Positions 11,801 through 26,800 of a DNA stretch of 64,000 nucleotides are shown here, piece by piece. The notes beneath the pieces are model-generated. The model was not told where the DNA came from. It did no database searches and worked only from the letters and a program-made list of their open reading frames with translations. The position numbers and the translations under genes were made by a program. The stretch covers positions 1,660 through 65,659 of the forward strand of contig JAZDHG010000098.1 in NCBI GenBank assembly GCA_043806135.1, written 5' to 3'. The number at the start of each line of letters is the position of its first letter. Within the stretch, counting starts at the first letter, position 1. This DNA comes from Candidatus Omnitrophota bacterium (lineage in GTDB: Bacteria > Omnitrophota > Gorgyraeia > B26-G9).

Positions 11801-14800
11801 ATTGCCGGAAACGATGTACTTGGCGCCGGAGTGCATATGGGAGCTTTCCGCGAGGGATGGGGGAATTTCTGGGAGAATTATTTAAACTTCTTCGGTGTTA
11901 CAGTTGATGCTAAAGCTGTTATTAATACATTGAGTACTTTATTTACTAAAGACGGGAGTAAGGTATTTGAATATACTCCTGAAGTTCCGCAGAGACGTGC
12001 TTTTAGCCTTTACTTCCTTGGGTTCCCGATCATGACGTATTTTGACCTTAAAAACACAGAAGGTTTTATTAACTCTTCAACCTCGTTTGCTTTTGAAATG
12101 GAAAGCAGTAAGAATCCGTTTAATAAAAAATGGTGGAAAGATAAGGTTACCCAATACACAGAAGATGAATTTAAGCAGCTGAAACTGGTTCCGCTTGGCA
12201 AGGTAAAAGCAGAAGGTGAAAACGGACAGCCGATATGGAGAGTTTATTATATCAATGCTGATACCGGCGGGATTGTCTTCTTAGGTGATAAAGGGTACAA
12301 AAGCAAACTCCAGAGGTTAAAAGACGATGTGCAGCTTTTTGATAGATTTATGTCTTTAATCGGCGAAGGCGGCGGACGCATAGAAAAGAAAAGCTATGAC
12401 GCCGGTGCTGTAGTTGAAATAAAAAGAACAACACCATCTCAGCAGCAATCTTCACAACAGCCAATTCCGGATCTAACCGGGAAGATGCTTTCTTTTGCGC
12501 TTAATGTTAGACATCCTTTGACCGGAGTTTCTCCAAGCCATGTTTATGATACAAAGGCCACAGCCAACAATATTAACTGGGCTTTTACTTATGATATGGC
12601 TTTACAGTCTTTAGGGTTTTCCGCAGGGGGGTTGTCCAAAGAGTCGGATGCTTTACTTGATTATTTTGTTCAAAACCGTTGGTTATACCGTTATGAGGAA
12701 AAAGGTAAGTTTAACGGCGGAGTATATAATGCGATAGATATATCTCAACTTCCTACCGACACACAAAAACCCATTGCTGATTTTAGAAATGATGCAGGAA
12801 ACAGCAACTGGGTAGCAGCTGCGCTTATAAAGGGTGCAATGCGCCATGTTAGTGATCCTAATGCATGGCAGGCGGTTCTTGATGAGCAAAGAGAAGACAG
12901 GCAAAAGGCTTCGGCTAATTTCATTAAAACCGGAGATATTAATAAAATTTTTGAAGGCCGCGGGGAAACGCAGTGGCGCTTTTTAGGACTGCGTACTACC
13001 AAGCTAAAAGTTTTTCTTGAATCACTTGATGTGAAAGGAAAACAATATCTTTCTCAGGCAGAAAAAATTGCTGAGTCCCTGATAAGTTTGCAGGATAAAG
13101 ACGGCGGGATCCGTCACGGGCCGACAGAACTTAATATAAAATCAACAGAAGAAAATATAAACGCGTTTGGATTATTTATGATGCTTCATGATGTTACCGG
13201 AGAGAGCAAGTATAAAGACGCGGCTAAAAAAATCCTACAATGGCTGCCAAAAGTTTATGATACAACTCAAGGAATGTTTTTGCGCGGAATGCAAAATAAA
13301 TCAAAAGAGGATCAACCTGCTAAATGGGAAGTTGATCATATTTACGCAACAGATGCTAATGCTTTAGCAATAATCGTAATCGGACCGCAAATATTGGACA
13401 AATTAAAATCTAAAAATGAATATATTTCAGCGGATAAAATTATGGGATCGCTTGCGGACAGAAAGGTAGAACTGCTAACTGAAAGTGGAGACAAAATTTT
13501 AGGCTATGACTATACAGATAAAGTAGGCAGAGGAGACAGGGATGCTGTTATCTCACCGGAAATGACCGCTCATGTGGTTAAAGCGCATAAAGTAATGTCC
13601 AGATATTATGCTGAGCAGGGTGAAGATCTGATTGCAGATATTCATGCAAAACAGGCAGAATCCTTACTTACTAGTATTCAGCAATTAGCCGTTAACTCTT
13701 TACTTGGGATATCATTCCCTGACAGTACTCTGCCTAAAGATGCAATAGGCGGACAGATAAAAAGATATCATGACAGCAACTTTAATACTGTATCTTTAGC
13801 CAGCTTAAATTCTCTTTGGATAGTATTGGCCAAGGAAGATGTAAATCCTTTTGATGTACGCGCAAATGATCAAGTCCCTCTTATGCCTGTTTCAATAAGC
13901 GAGGAAAAAGGTTTTAATGCGGAGATAATAAAGCAGAAAACAACTATCCAGACTCTTTTGATTCGAAAACAGAATGATCCAAAATCTTGGACAGATAATG
14001 ATGAACTTGAATTGAACCAGTCCATTGAAAAGATAAATGAAATGATCCGTGAATATACAAAGGGTGCAATATTCACGGCCACAGAAGAAGATGAAACAAC
14101 ACTTAAAAGGATAATAGAACTTTTAAGTAACAAAGCCAAAGGCATACAATTAACTGATGCTGAAATAAAAGAACTGGAACAAAAGAAAGCGTCTCATCCC
14201 TATTATGAAGGGTGGATACGTCTTAGCGCGCTTTCTGAAAAAAAATTTATAATGAGTAAGTTTGAACAGATAAAACAGCTTCTAACTAAAAAAGCAAAGG
14301 AGATGCAGCTTAAGGAGTTAGGGCAAGAGTTGGATAGACAAACGGGTGTTGAAGAAAAGAAGCGTTTGCAAGAAGAGATCCAGAAACTTAAAGATAAAAT
14401 AGCTATTAGCGAGGAGTTAAAAGATCAAAAGTTTGTAGTATTAATCAATGAAACTATAGATGGCTACTTCGGTAAAGGAGAAGAAAAATCCGTAGAAAGA
14501 GAATCAACAAGAAATAGATTTTTTGGTAAACTTTCTAATACCCCAGCTGAAGATGTTGTTGTAGGTCTGATAGAAAAATTGTATGGCAAAAACAGGCTTC
14601 TCAGTGAAGATATTTTTAAGGGTGTTTATCAGTATTTCAATGCTGAAGATAACAGCGTGGTCACCGTTACCTTAATCGCTCCTGCACAGGCTATTGAAGT
14701 TGAAAGAATAAAAAGAGAAAAAGAACAGGAAACAGCAGCGAAACAGTATAAATTACTTGATGAAGGCGGAGTTATTATTACTGATAAATCAACGGGAAGA

Positions 14801-17800
14801 CTTATAGAGATAAGAGTTGGAGACAAACAAAAGGGAGTTGATGTATTAGGAGATTTTCTGGGTAGGATAAAGAATATGGTGGCTGCTGATGAAATCAATG
14901 CTGCTCAGATGCAGAAGATTATGCGCGATAGATGGGTTTTTACAATTCCAAAAACAAGTTCACAGGCTGTTGATATAAATGGGCAGAAGCAAGATCAAGA
15001 TATAACTGTTACTTTGGTTTTCCCGTATCATAGCGAATATGTGAGGGAAGAGACAAATTTAAGAACCGGAGAATCTGAACTTCGTATTTTTAATTACGGA
15101 TTACTTGATCGTGTAATTACCCGCGATAAGATTACAGTAATGAAATATAATGATCTTGATGTTGAAATTTCAAGCGATGTCTATGTGAATGAAACCGGCG
15201 AGATTATAAAAGATGCAAAGGAAGGAAGCTACTTACAGAAAACAGAAACTGTAGCTTTTGATACAAAGGATGTTGATCCTGTTTCTAAAGCGGTGAGCCC
15301 GGTGGTTATCAAAAAAGTCACAGACCCTGCTTCCCATGCGGTTAAATATGAAGTGTATAAGGATTATGAATTGCCGGTCATGACCTTTAGCGAAAAATAT
15401 GTTACGATTATTGAATTTGATGAATGGGGCAGAGAAAAAACAAGCAGAACTTATGTTAATACCGGATCGCTGGATAAACCGCGCTGGGGCAAACAACCTG
15501 TGCTTAGTTCAGAAGTTTTACCGCTTGTGGGTGAATTGGACGTAAAGGGCCGTCCGGCTACCTGGGATAAGAATTCAAAATGGTCAAGCAAGCTGGTAAT
15601 TGATCATGAAAGGAATAAACATTTTGTTGAAGTAAGGGATCAATACGGACGTCTTATCAAAAAGTATGACGGAAAAATGGAAGAAAAGCCAGGTGCCGAG
15701 CAGAACAAACTGCAGGTAATTCCTTACGGAGCGAATCAACCTTTTGAAATAGATGCCAGAGACCCGCAAGGCAGGCGCTTTGTAGTTGAGAAAGAAACAT
15801 CATTTTATCATAAATATGAGGAGCGCTTTGCTGCTCTTGGTGTTGATGCGTCTGTTATGAACCTATTAGGACTGCAGGGCACGGCTATGGTTGGGGAAAC
15901 TTATCTTTATGAGTTTAACCCGAAAACCGGACAAGGTAAAAGGGTAAGTGAAGATCCTGTCGGCAGGTCTGTGGCTCAAGTGCAGCGGCCTCAAAAAACA
16001 GGCATAGAAAAATACTTTGATGATCAAGGTAATGTTTTACTGCAGATGTCCGCACCAAGACAAAAACTTGTCTGGCAGCAGGTGATTGACAACCAGGGAA
16101 GAAAAGTTACGGATTATTATGGTTATTTGGTCGATGCTCAGGGTAGAAGAGTAACGGATATCTCAAAATATAAAGGTGATATTGATAAACTGAGATTTGT
16201 CAGGGAAAAGGTCTCTTACTCGATATATACGATAGGACAATTAAATGTTTTAAGAAAACAATACCCGAAACTCTACGATGAACTTAAAACAGAGCTCAAA
16301 AATTTGAATGTGGATATAGAATCAGAGCAATTCTTAAAAGATCTAATCTCTCAGGGGAAAATTGATGTTGCCTTAATGGGAGTAACATTTTCCTATGATG
16401 ATAAGACAAAAGCCCCTATTGAACTGGCAGCATTTTCCACAGTGCAGAAAAATGAGAAAAACAAATATATAAGTGACGGCGGAGAAGTTTTAGTTATCAG
16501 CAAAGATACACAGAAAAAGGAAGCTACTCAGCAGATAATCGATAGCGAGGGAAGAATTAAACTCAAGTACAACGGGAGATTTGACAGCAAAGCAAAACGT
16601 TTTATCAGGGAAAAGATAACCAAGTTTTTCTATACATATGAGGATCGTTTTGCCGGTGAATATTTCATTAATCCTGAGTTTGCCCGTGATATGAAAATCC
16701 TTGGCCTTTACGGCGTGGCCATGGTTGGAGAAACATTTACTTATGACGATACAACAGGCCGGCAGAGCAAAGAGCCTATTGCGTATTCTTTCTTGAGAAC
16801 ATTTAAAGACGGCAATTATGTTGACAATGAGGGTAATATCCTTGTTCAGATGACTAATGCCAACCAGCATATGAGCCGCCAGGATGTTATTAATAATCAG
16901 GGGCATACAATTATCCGGTATCTAGGAAAACTAATTGACCCCGAGACAAAGGAATTTGAAAAAGCCCAGTCATCGCGTTTTTTCTACAGCACGCAGCAGC
17001 TTGAGGAATTCAGCCAGAACGAGAAAACAAAAGGGCTTTATACTCAACTGATCAAAGAGTACGCGGCATTAGGCTGGGATATAGAAAGTCCTGCATTTAA
17101 AGCAGATCTTAATCGATATGGTAAATTCGGTGTTGCCCTTATCGGAGCAACCTATATCTATGATCAGGAGAATGATAAAGAAGTTGCTTTAATGTCTGTA
17201 TCTCGTATTAAGAAAAATGAACAAGGTGCACATATTGATGCTCAGGGTAATGTTCTTGTTGAGATGAAGAATATCATTAACAACCTGCATTGGCAGGAGT
17301 TAATTGACAATTCAGGCCGGATACAGGTTAAATATGACGGTGTTGTAATAGATGGCCAGTTTATTAGAAATCAAAAGACTTATTATTTTTATGATTACGC
17401 CAGTTATGATGCCTACCGCAAGGCACATCCTGAACTTAAGGCTGAGCTTGATGCATGGGAAGAAAAACTGACAAAACTTAAGAAAGTTAATGTTCAGGGA
17501 ATAATGGATGAACTTGGCCGCCGCAATATCGCTTTGTTTGGATTTACTTACCTTTATGATGAAGCGAATGCTGTAGCAGAAGATGTCATTAAAGAGTTGG
17601 GTTTGAATTCAGATAATAAAGAGCTTCTAAATGATATAAAAAATGAAGTATTTGCTATTGCCCAACCTGATAAGCAAAAGTCTCAGCTGGCTGTCAAAAA
17701 ATTAACTGAATTATTGGGTTCCAAATATAATTTTATAATTACAGATCAAAAGCTTGAGGGTATTGTAAAGGATAGCAGACTTAAATTAGCTGCATCTACT

Positions 17801-20800
17801 AAATATTCGCAAGTTGCTGATACAGAGGCTCTTGCTTTTTCATCTTTGAATGTAATGCAGGGAGACGGAACTGATGTTAAGGATTATTTCAGTGAAAAAG
17901 AGGGTGAAAAAGGCAATATATCGGTACAAAATGTTCGCCTAAAACAGCAGCTTACCTGGGAGGAAATAAAGGACAATTTCGGCCGTCCGGTCAAGGTATA
18001 TGACTATCAGCTTGGCAAGGACAAGAAATATCATCCCATAAAAGTCTCAAACTATTACTATGTCTATCAGGATAGGTTCAGCAAATTAGGTGTAACTGAG
18101 AGAGCAATGAATGAGATGGGCAGGCTTGGATTTGCCATGGTAGGTGAAACTTATCTGCTTAAACGAGACTCAAAAGAAGCGTTGGTATCTGTGTCTGTAA
18201 TGGTACCGCATAAAAACACAACGGGAAGTAAGTTCAACGATTATTTTAATAAAAGAGGCGAAATGATCATCGAGCTTGATAATCAGAGAACGCATCTTGT
18301 CTGGAGGGAAGTGAAGGACGCTCACGGACGCGTTCTTGTGTCCATAGACGGCAATAAAGAGAACGGTATCTTCAAGCCTCAGAAAGCAACAAGATTTTAT
18401 TATGATTTTGAAAAAAGAGTATTTGATTCTATTGCTACTAAGATGGAAAAAGACTGGGCAAAACTTGGCATAACAAAAGATAAGATGGGTGTTGAGATGC
18501 TCAATGCTATGTCGCGCCTGGGTAAATTTGATATAGCTACTTTAGGCAGTACTTATTTATATGATGGCCGTTATGAATACGGCATTAATCCTGATCTTGA
18601 TCAGCTGAATGAGAGTGAAAACAGACTGTTAGCTGTATCAATATTGGGAAAATTTGAAAAAAATGAATACGAAAAAAATGTTCCGGCTGGAGAAACAGAT
18701 TATATCAATGATGCCGGATATGTTAAAGCCATGATCTATGATGCCAAGACCAAGCTGCTTTGGGTAGGGCTTAAGGATAATAAAGGTGATATACGCGTTA
18801 AATATGCCGGTTATGAATACATGAACCCTCAGACAAAGCAGGATGAATTTAAATGGGTATGGGTTTCCAGAATAAATTATAATTGGCCTGATGAACTGGA
18901 AAACCTTGGCGCTTTAGGTATTGCTTATGATTCCAAGACATATTTTTATTATGACCCTCCTGCAGGGAAAAAGATAGAACGAGTTGATTTTCATAAGCTT
19001 GCTCCTGAAATCACGGAACTCGTGATTAGAAACGGGAAAAATGATCTGGAGGATATTTTAAAGAAGAAACTGGCTCCTTATGTGCAGGGTAAACATCACG
19101 CAAGAAAAATAATCAAAGAGATACAGGATCTTCCAAAAATCGATGATAATCAGGCAAAGAGCAATGCGATCATGGATATACTTGTCAAATATTTCTCTCA
19201 TAATATTAATTATGAATTCGGTGAAGGTGATTATCTGGTTACTGAATCCCAGATAGTACCTTTTAATTATGACCCCAATGATCCTAAAAAGAAATTAGAA
19301 TTTATAGATAAAAAAGGCAATGTTATCTTCCATATGCATCAGGTAAAAAGAAATCTTGATTATCAGGAAGTAAAAGATAATAAAGGCAGAATAATTATCC
19401 TGTTTGACGGTGATTTGGAGCCGGGGAAGAAGTTTGATTTAAGATATCAGGTATTTAACCGGAATATAATGTCTTTTTCCTATTTTGAAGATAATGATCT
19501 TGATGCAGTTGGGATTTCAAACAGAGGAGAAGCTTTCTTCTCCCGTACAAATGAAGAAACCCTGCAGGGGCTGTCTTTAACGACATTGGAAAAGGCAAAG
19601 GCTGCTTTCAGGGTATACAGAGGGACTTTAAGAGGTGACCAGCTTCTGAAATTTGATCAGGCAGTAAAGAAAGCCGGCGGTGAAGATGCTGTGGCGGCTA
19701 AGTTTCATAAAGCGGTTTTAACCATTCTCAAGTCAAATTACAGCGAGCCTAAAAATATACTTCGATTTATATCTCCTGCAGATATTGCGGAAAATATTTT
19801 TATACAGAGAAATAGTTATAATCTTGATGATTTTCTGGAAATGCATCTTGCCGGTATGTGCAGCGGATTGTTTGAAGATAAAGTCAGCAGATCATGGCTT
19901 GTAGAGATTGACAAAGAATTCTTCTGGGATACAAGCAGTGAACAAAACAAAAAGAAATGGCTTACAAGAAACGGAAATGATAAATCTGCGGCAAAAGAAG
20001 CATTGTTTAAATATATGAAATGGGATAGGCTTACTAACGATGTAAAACAACAATGGCTTGCAAGATACGAAAATAATGAAGCTCGGGCAAAGGAAGCTTT
20101 TTATAAAGATAATCTTACTTCTATAGACAGGTACATCAATGCTGAAGGAAGCATACAATACGAAGGAGAGGAGCACTGGAGATCAGACATTACCAAAGAC
20201 GGCCGGCCTATGAGCACAAAAGCAGATGTGCATTACCGCAAGATAAAAGATAAGCTCGGGCGGGTTATGAATCATATCTGGGGGTACTGGGATAAGCAAA
20301 GCGATTTTCGGGGCATAATGCAGCTTAGGGCCAGATTCGACACCTTATACGGTAAATTCGGTATTGCTGATGTTACAACTGCTTTTTTAACGGAACAGGG
20401 ATGGACATTGTTTAACTACTCAAAAGCGGTCAATCTTGAATACGAGACAGGTGCTGTAGACTATGCGGTTGTTAAAACCCTTGTTCCTGAGGACAAAAAA
20501 GAGGCGTTGAAGATGGATGAATCAAGAGCTGCTCCGCTTGAGAAGAAGTTTGAAGATTCATGGGTATTATTCCGTTTACCGAAGCCGCGTGCGGAATTAA
20601 TACGTGAATTAATAAACATAAGGCCAAGTACGGCGCAAGGAGATATAGCAGATAAAATCATTGATAAGATGATCAAAGATAAATATTACAAAGAAGGCTT
20701 TACAGACGAAGAAGATGTTGTTGCTTTTTTTGAAAAAGAAGGTATTAAGCTGGATTTTAAAACAGATAGTGAGTTTATTTCTAGGCTTTACAGAGGATTG

Positions 20801-23800
20801 CAGCACCGCACCGCAACAATCGCTGTCGCGCCGAAAGGCGATGCCGCTGAGCGTCCGAAAGTAATTCAGATGTGGATGGAAATAAAGAACAAAAAGGGAG
20901 AGCTTGAAATAATATTCAACGGCTATGTTGACCGCATTTCTGAAGCAGGTAAAAAAGGACAGATAAAGCAGATAGAGCTTGAAAAAACATATGTTACTTT
21001 TCTTGAATATCTGGAAAAGAAAAATATGGGTTTATCGCAAAGAAGTTCGACTTTTGATTTTAACCCAAATTTCATGAAAAACGGCCAGTCTACGGAAAAG
21101 ATGCTTAAGCAGTTTAAAGCAAAAATCTCCCTGCGTGCCTCTACAGACCAGCTGATATTACTGCCTGATGGGACGATGGTCTATGACATGAAAGATACGA
21201 GCAAAGATAAGCTGGCGCTGGTAAGAACTCTTTATTATCCGGACGGAAGAATTAAATTCCAGATATCCAAGAAAATGATGGGTGAAGACCCGCGCTGGAG
21301 AATTGATGTTTTTGATGAGCGCCAGAACCTGGTAGCAACACTGCGCGATGATACATCGCGTACGCCTGAAGAGGTGATTAGCAACCTCGGTAATATTGAA
21401 AACTGGCGGCCTTATGAGATACATCACTCTGTACATACTGAATATGCGCATACATTTGTGCTTACAGATATGGTAGGAGAGACCGGCATTTCCACATTTG
21501 CAGGACAGAAAGCGCTGCTGTTAAGCAACGGCAAGCCTTTGATTAAAGGTACAAATATCCATCAAAATATCGGACTATCGCAAAAAGAGCATTTTTCAGA
21601 TAAAGCGGTGCCTTACGAAGAAACAAAATATATTAATCGCCAGTTATGGTGGCTTTATTTTGATAAATTCCAAAATAATTTTATTAATCAGGTGGGTAAT
21701 ATTGGAAAACACCAGTTGGAGCGTTTTAATATCAAGCTGACCAGTGAGCGGTTTAGAGATGAACAATTGTTTGCGGATTTGCTGCAGGAGGCAAACGCGC
21801 AAAAAGCTAAGGATGATATTCAGCAGGGGGCCGCGGTTAAAGTAAGCTATTTGAAAGACGGACAGATGCAGGAAGTGGAGATCGCGCCGCGCGGATTAGG
21901 GTTTAAAATTAAAAAGATTTTTGACTATAAAATTCAGGTGCCTTTTACCGGATGGTATGTATTCTGGTGGACAATGCCGCTGGCTTTAGGAATTTATCTC
22001 TTAGGCGCAAACCGCATTACAAGCTGGTGGTGGGGAAGAAAAGCGCGCAAAGCAAAGGAAAAAGGCAGGAATAATATCAACCGCATGTGCGAAGATGAAA
22101 TAAAGGATCTCCTGCTGCCTGATAAGAAAAATGCGAAAGAGCTGGAAAAAACTGATGCCGTGAATATAGCAAGTCAAATTGTAGATCGCAGAAGGCGAGT
22201 AAAGAGCTTTATGGATGAAGCTGAAGTAGAAGAGTTCTTAGGTAAATTAGGTGTAACTGCTGAAACTATATCCAGGATCATGGATAATATTGTAGTTGCA
22301 GATATTATTCCCGACTTCTATAATGACGCGAATTTAAGATTGCAGCAAGTTAACAGGATGAATGAACAGGAACTGGCCAAATTACTGATGCAGGCAGGAG
22401 TTGAGAAAGAAACAGCGCTGAATGCATCCGAAGCCTTTGTCAAAGAACTGGCAGATAAAAAACCATTTATCAAAGCACTTGGTCAAAACGGATTTGAAAC
22501 TCTGGATCAGGTTAAGGCATTTTTAAGAGACCATGGCATTGCGTATAAGATTTTGAATACTATCTTCGGCTCAGGCGATCTTTTACGCGCACCGCCGCGT
22601 TCAGCGCAGTCAAGGCAGCAGGTAATCGATGAACTGCAGGAAATCCTTGCTGCTGCGGATATTAGCTTGGATGAATTAAACAAAGTATTAAGTGAAAAAC
22701 TCCCTGATCCAAAAGATTCTTTTGACTCTACCCTTACCCCGCCGATCGCGTTAATCGTGAAAAACCTTCTGGATGAAGAAGGCCTTGGTTTATTAACAAG
22801 AGAGCAATTTAAAGAAGTAATTAACGAGCTTATCGAAAAACTGCGTAATAACAAAAGAATCCCTTCTGCTATTGACTACTATGTCATAGAAGAATGCATA
22901 GACAAGGCCTTTAGTCCGATAGTAAAGCAGTATTTAATGGATTTAGACCCTAATAATGAACTTGAAGGTGAATACGAGCGGTTGATAAAAATGCGCTTAA
23001 GTGAAGTTCTTTCTGTAATGATAAAAAATCCTTATGGCATAAGAAAAAAAGAAAGTGGCACATACAAAGGAGAATATGAAATAGAAGAACCTGAAATGAT
23101 AGGATTGGATAAAGATAATGCTCTTAAAAAAGAAGCATTTGATGGAGAACCTGCTCCGTTTACATTGCGCTTTCAGGCATGGCAAAGTGTTTTCTTGCTG
23201 CCATATTATCCTTATAAGTTAGGATCAGCCTTGGCATCGCGTTCTACTTTAACCCGCTATTTGTTCCGTAAATCATTTGCTTTATATATGGATAAAAGAG
23301 CTAATGAGATATTACCTTTAATGAGATTACATGTTCAATTATGGAGAGCCATTATAGTTGATCAGATACAGGGCAAGCTGGAGCCTTATCGTAGAAATAA
23401 TATAGGGATAAATGAAAGGCTTATCGATGACCCTACGATATTATTTGGACAAGAAGATATGGACGATTTGTTCCGTTATTATGAAGACCCTATAAATGAA
23501 CTTAATATTAATTTAAGTCAGGAAGTCGGTAATATCAAAAATCAGCCTGATGAGAAAACTGCTTCTGATTATATACAGAAGCTTGTTGATAGCAAGCTTA
23601 AACCTGCTGTAGACAAAGCGTTAAACGAACACGAATCATTTATTGGTACTTACAGATTAGGCTGGCTGGCTTTCTGGCATGAACTCATGACTCCTTTTAG
23701 AGCGCTGTATAGCAAATGGACCGGTAAAGAACAGCGTTTTTGGACTGAAGGTACGGAAAAAGGGCCGGCAGGGTTAAAAAGCAAAAAAGGCAAACGTTTC

Positions 23801-26800
23801 TGGCAACAGACTATGATAGTTACGGCATTTTTCAATTTTATTATGGGATATATTGTGATCGAATATGCCATCGCCTGGGGTATTGCCTTAGGATTTCCTT
23901 TAGGGCTTGTGTTTATATTCTCAGTGCTGCCGTTCCTGATTTTCATGCCGCTGACATATTTTTCCATTAAGGAAATGGGTGTGACATTTGTATCCTGGTT
24001 GACGGAAAGAAGGCAAAAAATAGCTCCTATAAACAACTGGGTTTGGGGCTGGAGCCGGTCACGACTTAAAAACCATCTTGATAAGATATTCATAGATACA
24101 AATGGTGAGCTTAAAATAGAAGATTATTCCGGTAAAACCAGAGTTCAGGTATGGAATGAAGGAGTTGAACATTTATTTGAAATCGCAAAGATTTCTGAGA
24201 CTGAACGCAATGACTATTTGTTTGGGCTTGAGGATATGATTAATGCTGCTTCAGTGAGAAGCAAATTGAATAGAATGAAGCTTGCTAAGCCAAAGAATAA
24301 AGAAGCTAGGCAGCGTTTACGCAGATGGATTGCCGGATATTTGCGTTATAAACCCGGCATAGAAGGTTTTGAACGTTTGCCTACATTCAGCATTTTTATT
24401 CTTAACGGCGGTGGAGATGAAGCGTATTATTTCTTTGCTGATGATTTGCTTAAGCGAAGAGTTGAAAAAGGTGTAATAGAAGATACTACGCATTTGCAGT
24501 ATCTCAAAAACCGGTATGATGATGAGTTTGATAATTTGATGCATTTAATAGATACAAAATGGAACGTATTAAAGAGTTTATTAGATAAAAATGATGCAAA
24601 AGTTATCAGCGAATTTGTTGAGAGTATTCGGGATTTGAGTTTTGGCCAGGAAATTGATGTTACGCAAATTAGAGCAAAACTTACAGACCAAGAGTCCATT
24701 AATGAATTTGACAGCCTGGTTGAGATGATTGAGGATTGGGCAAATTACAGATTGTCTACAACCTGGCGCTGGACACAGTCTCATAAGTATATGAGACAAA
24801 GATATTATGAATATATTGAGAATTATTATCAGAATGAATTATTTAAAATTCTGAAAATGGAAAGAGATGGGAAAGAGTTAACAGAAGAAGAAGCAAAAAC
24901 GATTGCCGGAATGACGCAGGATCAGAAAGTGGAATATTATGAGAAAATTGCTGCTGAATATACCCGCCTGGTTGACTTAAAATATCAGTTTATCAACTCT
25001 GAGAGTGCTACTAAAGCGCAGAATAACCCTAATTTCCTGAGAATTAATTTTGATACAATGACAGAAGAAGATCTTAAGAGCTTGGATATCGGCAATGCAA
25101 AGCAGAAAAGGATCCTGATTGATTATAAAAAGTATAAAGCGGAATATATAAAATATTATATGCCAAGTAAACCTGATGGAAAGCAGATCAATCCGAATAT
25201 TATAGGTAAGCAAGGTGATCAAATCCGTTTTTCAAAATACGGCCAGGCAAGTTTTTCATCTCCTTATGTGCGCGGTGAGATTGTCTGGGGTATGGATACG
25301 CATCTTGAAATAGATTACGAAGAGACCCCCAATATGCTCCGCACACTTACAGAGTTTAATAGAAATCCAAAACTGGGTGTTGTTTTAAGCACTATTACAA
25401 TTTTTGTTGAAAAGTTAAATGCTATCGGTCGGGCTATGGCACTTGCTGAGCAGGCATGGCAGAGCTCAGTAATGAGAGCTAAAGAAACAGTGGATGTTCT
25501 TGGCTATTATGGAAAGGGAATTTACCGCAATGATTTCATGAATAAATATGAAGGGTTGCAGGATGATTATGTATCTGAAGATATTGTTACTGCTTTTATG
25601 TTTATGCTTTTTGGTTTGATGACTAAGCATGTCAGCTATCTGAAACTGCAATGGAGAATGCCGCCGCCGCTTAAAAGTATTATTGTTCCGCTTGCCAAGT
25701 GGGCAGCTGGAAGCGTGGAATTTCTCTTAAGACGCCAGTTCAAGCGTGTGCTTGCAAGCAGAATAATTCCATGGAATGAAAAATTTGGGACGATGGTTTC
25801 AGCGGCGCATTACTGGAAAAAACCGTTTGTAATCCTAGGGGTTATATCTTTTACAGTAGTTGGTCTTATCATGACCGGGCTTTTAATGCCGGTTAACCCG
25901 TTCTTGTCATTATCGTTTCCTCTTTTCTGGATTGTTATGGGTGCATTCTTTGCCGAGGCAATAAACTTGCCGTCCTTTTGGTCTCATTCAGAAAGGGAAG
26001 GAAGTTACTTGAAGGGTGTTGGGGCAACATTATGGGGCATTGCAACGAACTTTGTATTTTTTAATATGCTTATACCGTTATATGTTATTAAAGGCATAAA
26101 CGAAGGCGTCTGGGCGCGTCCGGTATTTTTGCCCACAGATAAAGAGCTCAAACTTGAAAAGCCGTTAAAAGCTACTTATGAATATTTCCGAAAAGAATTC
26201 GGCAGCTGGCCGGCCAAAATAGCAGCGGTATTACTGCCGATTACAATGCTTGTGGTTCCGGTAACTGTGATGCTTTTAGGCACATGGTTCCTGTATTTCT
26301 TTGCTTTGGGTGCCTGGGTATTCAGTCCGTATATATTGAGCTTTGCTATCAGAAGCAAGATACTTACAGTTTTCAATAAATACATAAAGGAAAAATTTGC
26401 TAAAAAGGCTATAGATCAAAAGAGAAAGAGCTTTGCACAGGTTTGGACGGAAAACTTCAGACAGGATATGTTTGATCAGAATATTTTCAGAGGAGTGTTC
26501 TCAGGTATAGGTAATCTTTATATCAGACCTGCTTGGAGAGGAATACATGAACGCTTATTTAAAAAAGGCAGTTGGTTTGATAGACACTTTTATGTTGTCC
26601 CTTCGACTATTCTTAGCTTAGTAGCTTCCGGGCATATTATTGCTATGCTGTGTGCACCGGCAATCTCAGTTTTAACAACTCCGTTTATTATATTGTTTCT
26701 CCTGTATTTCCCGTTGCGTTTACTTTTTACTCCAAAATATGATGAAACAACCTTTACACTTAAAGAGCAGTGGAAAGAAGCTGGTATAAATTTTAAACCT

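Noticed and set aside
15629-21500. Classical RHS polymorphic toxin
   Set aside because: No RHS core end motif, no toxin tip with adjacent immunity gene, and the repeat spacing is too long.
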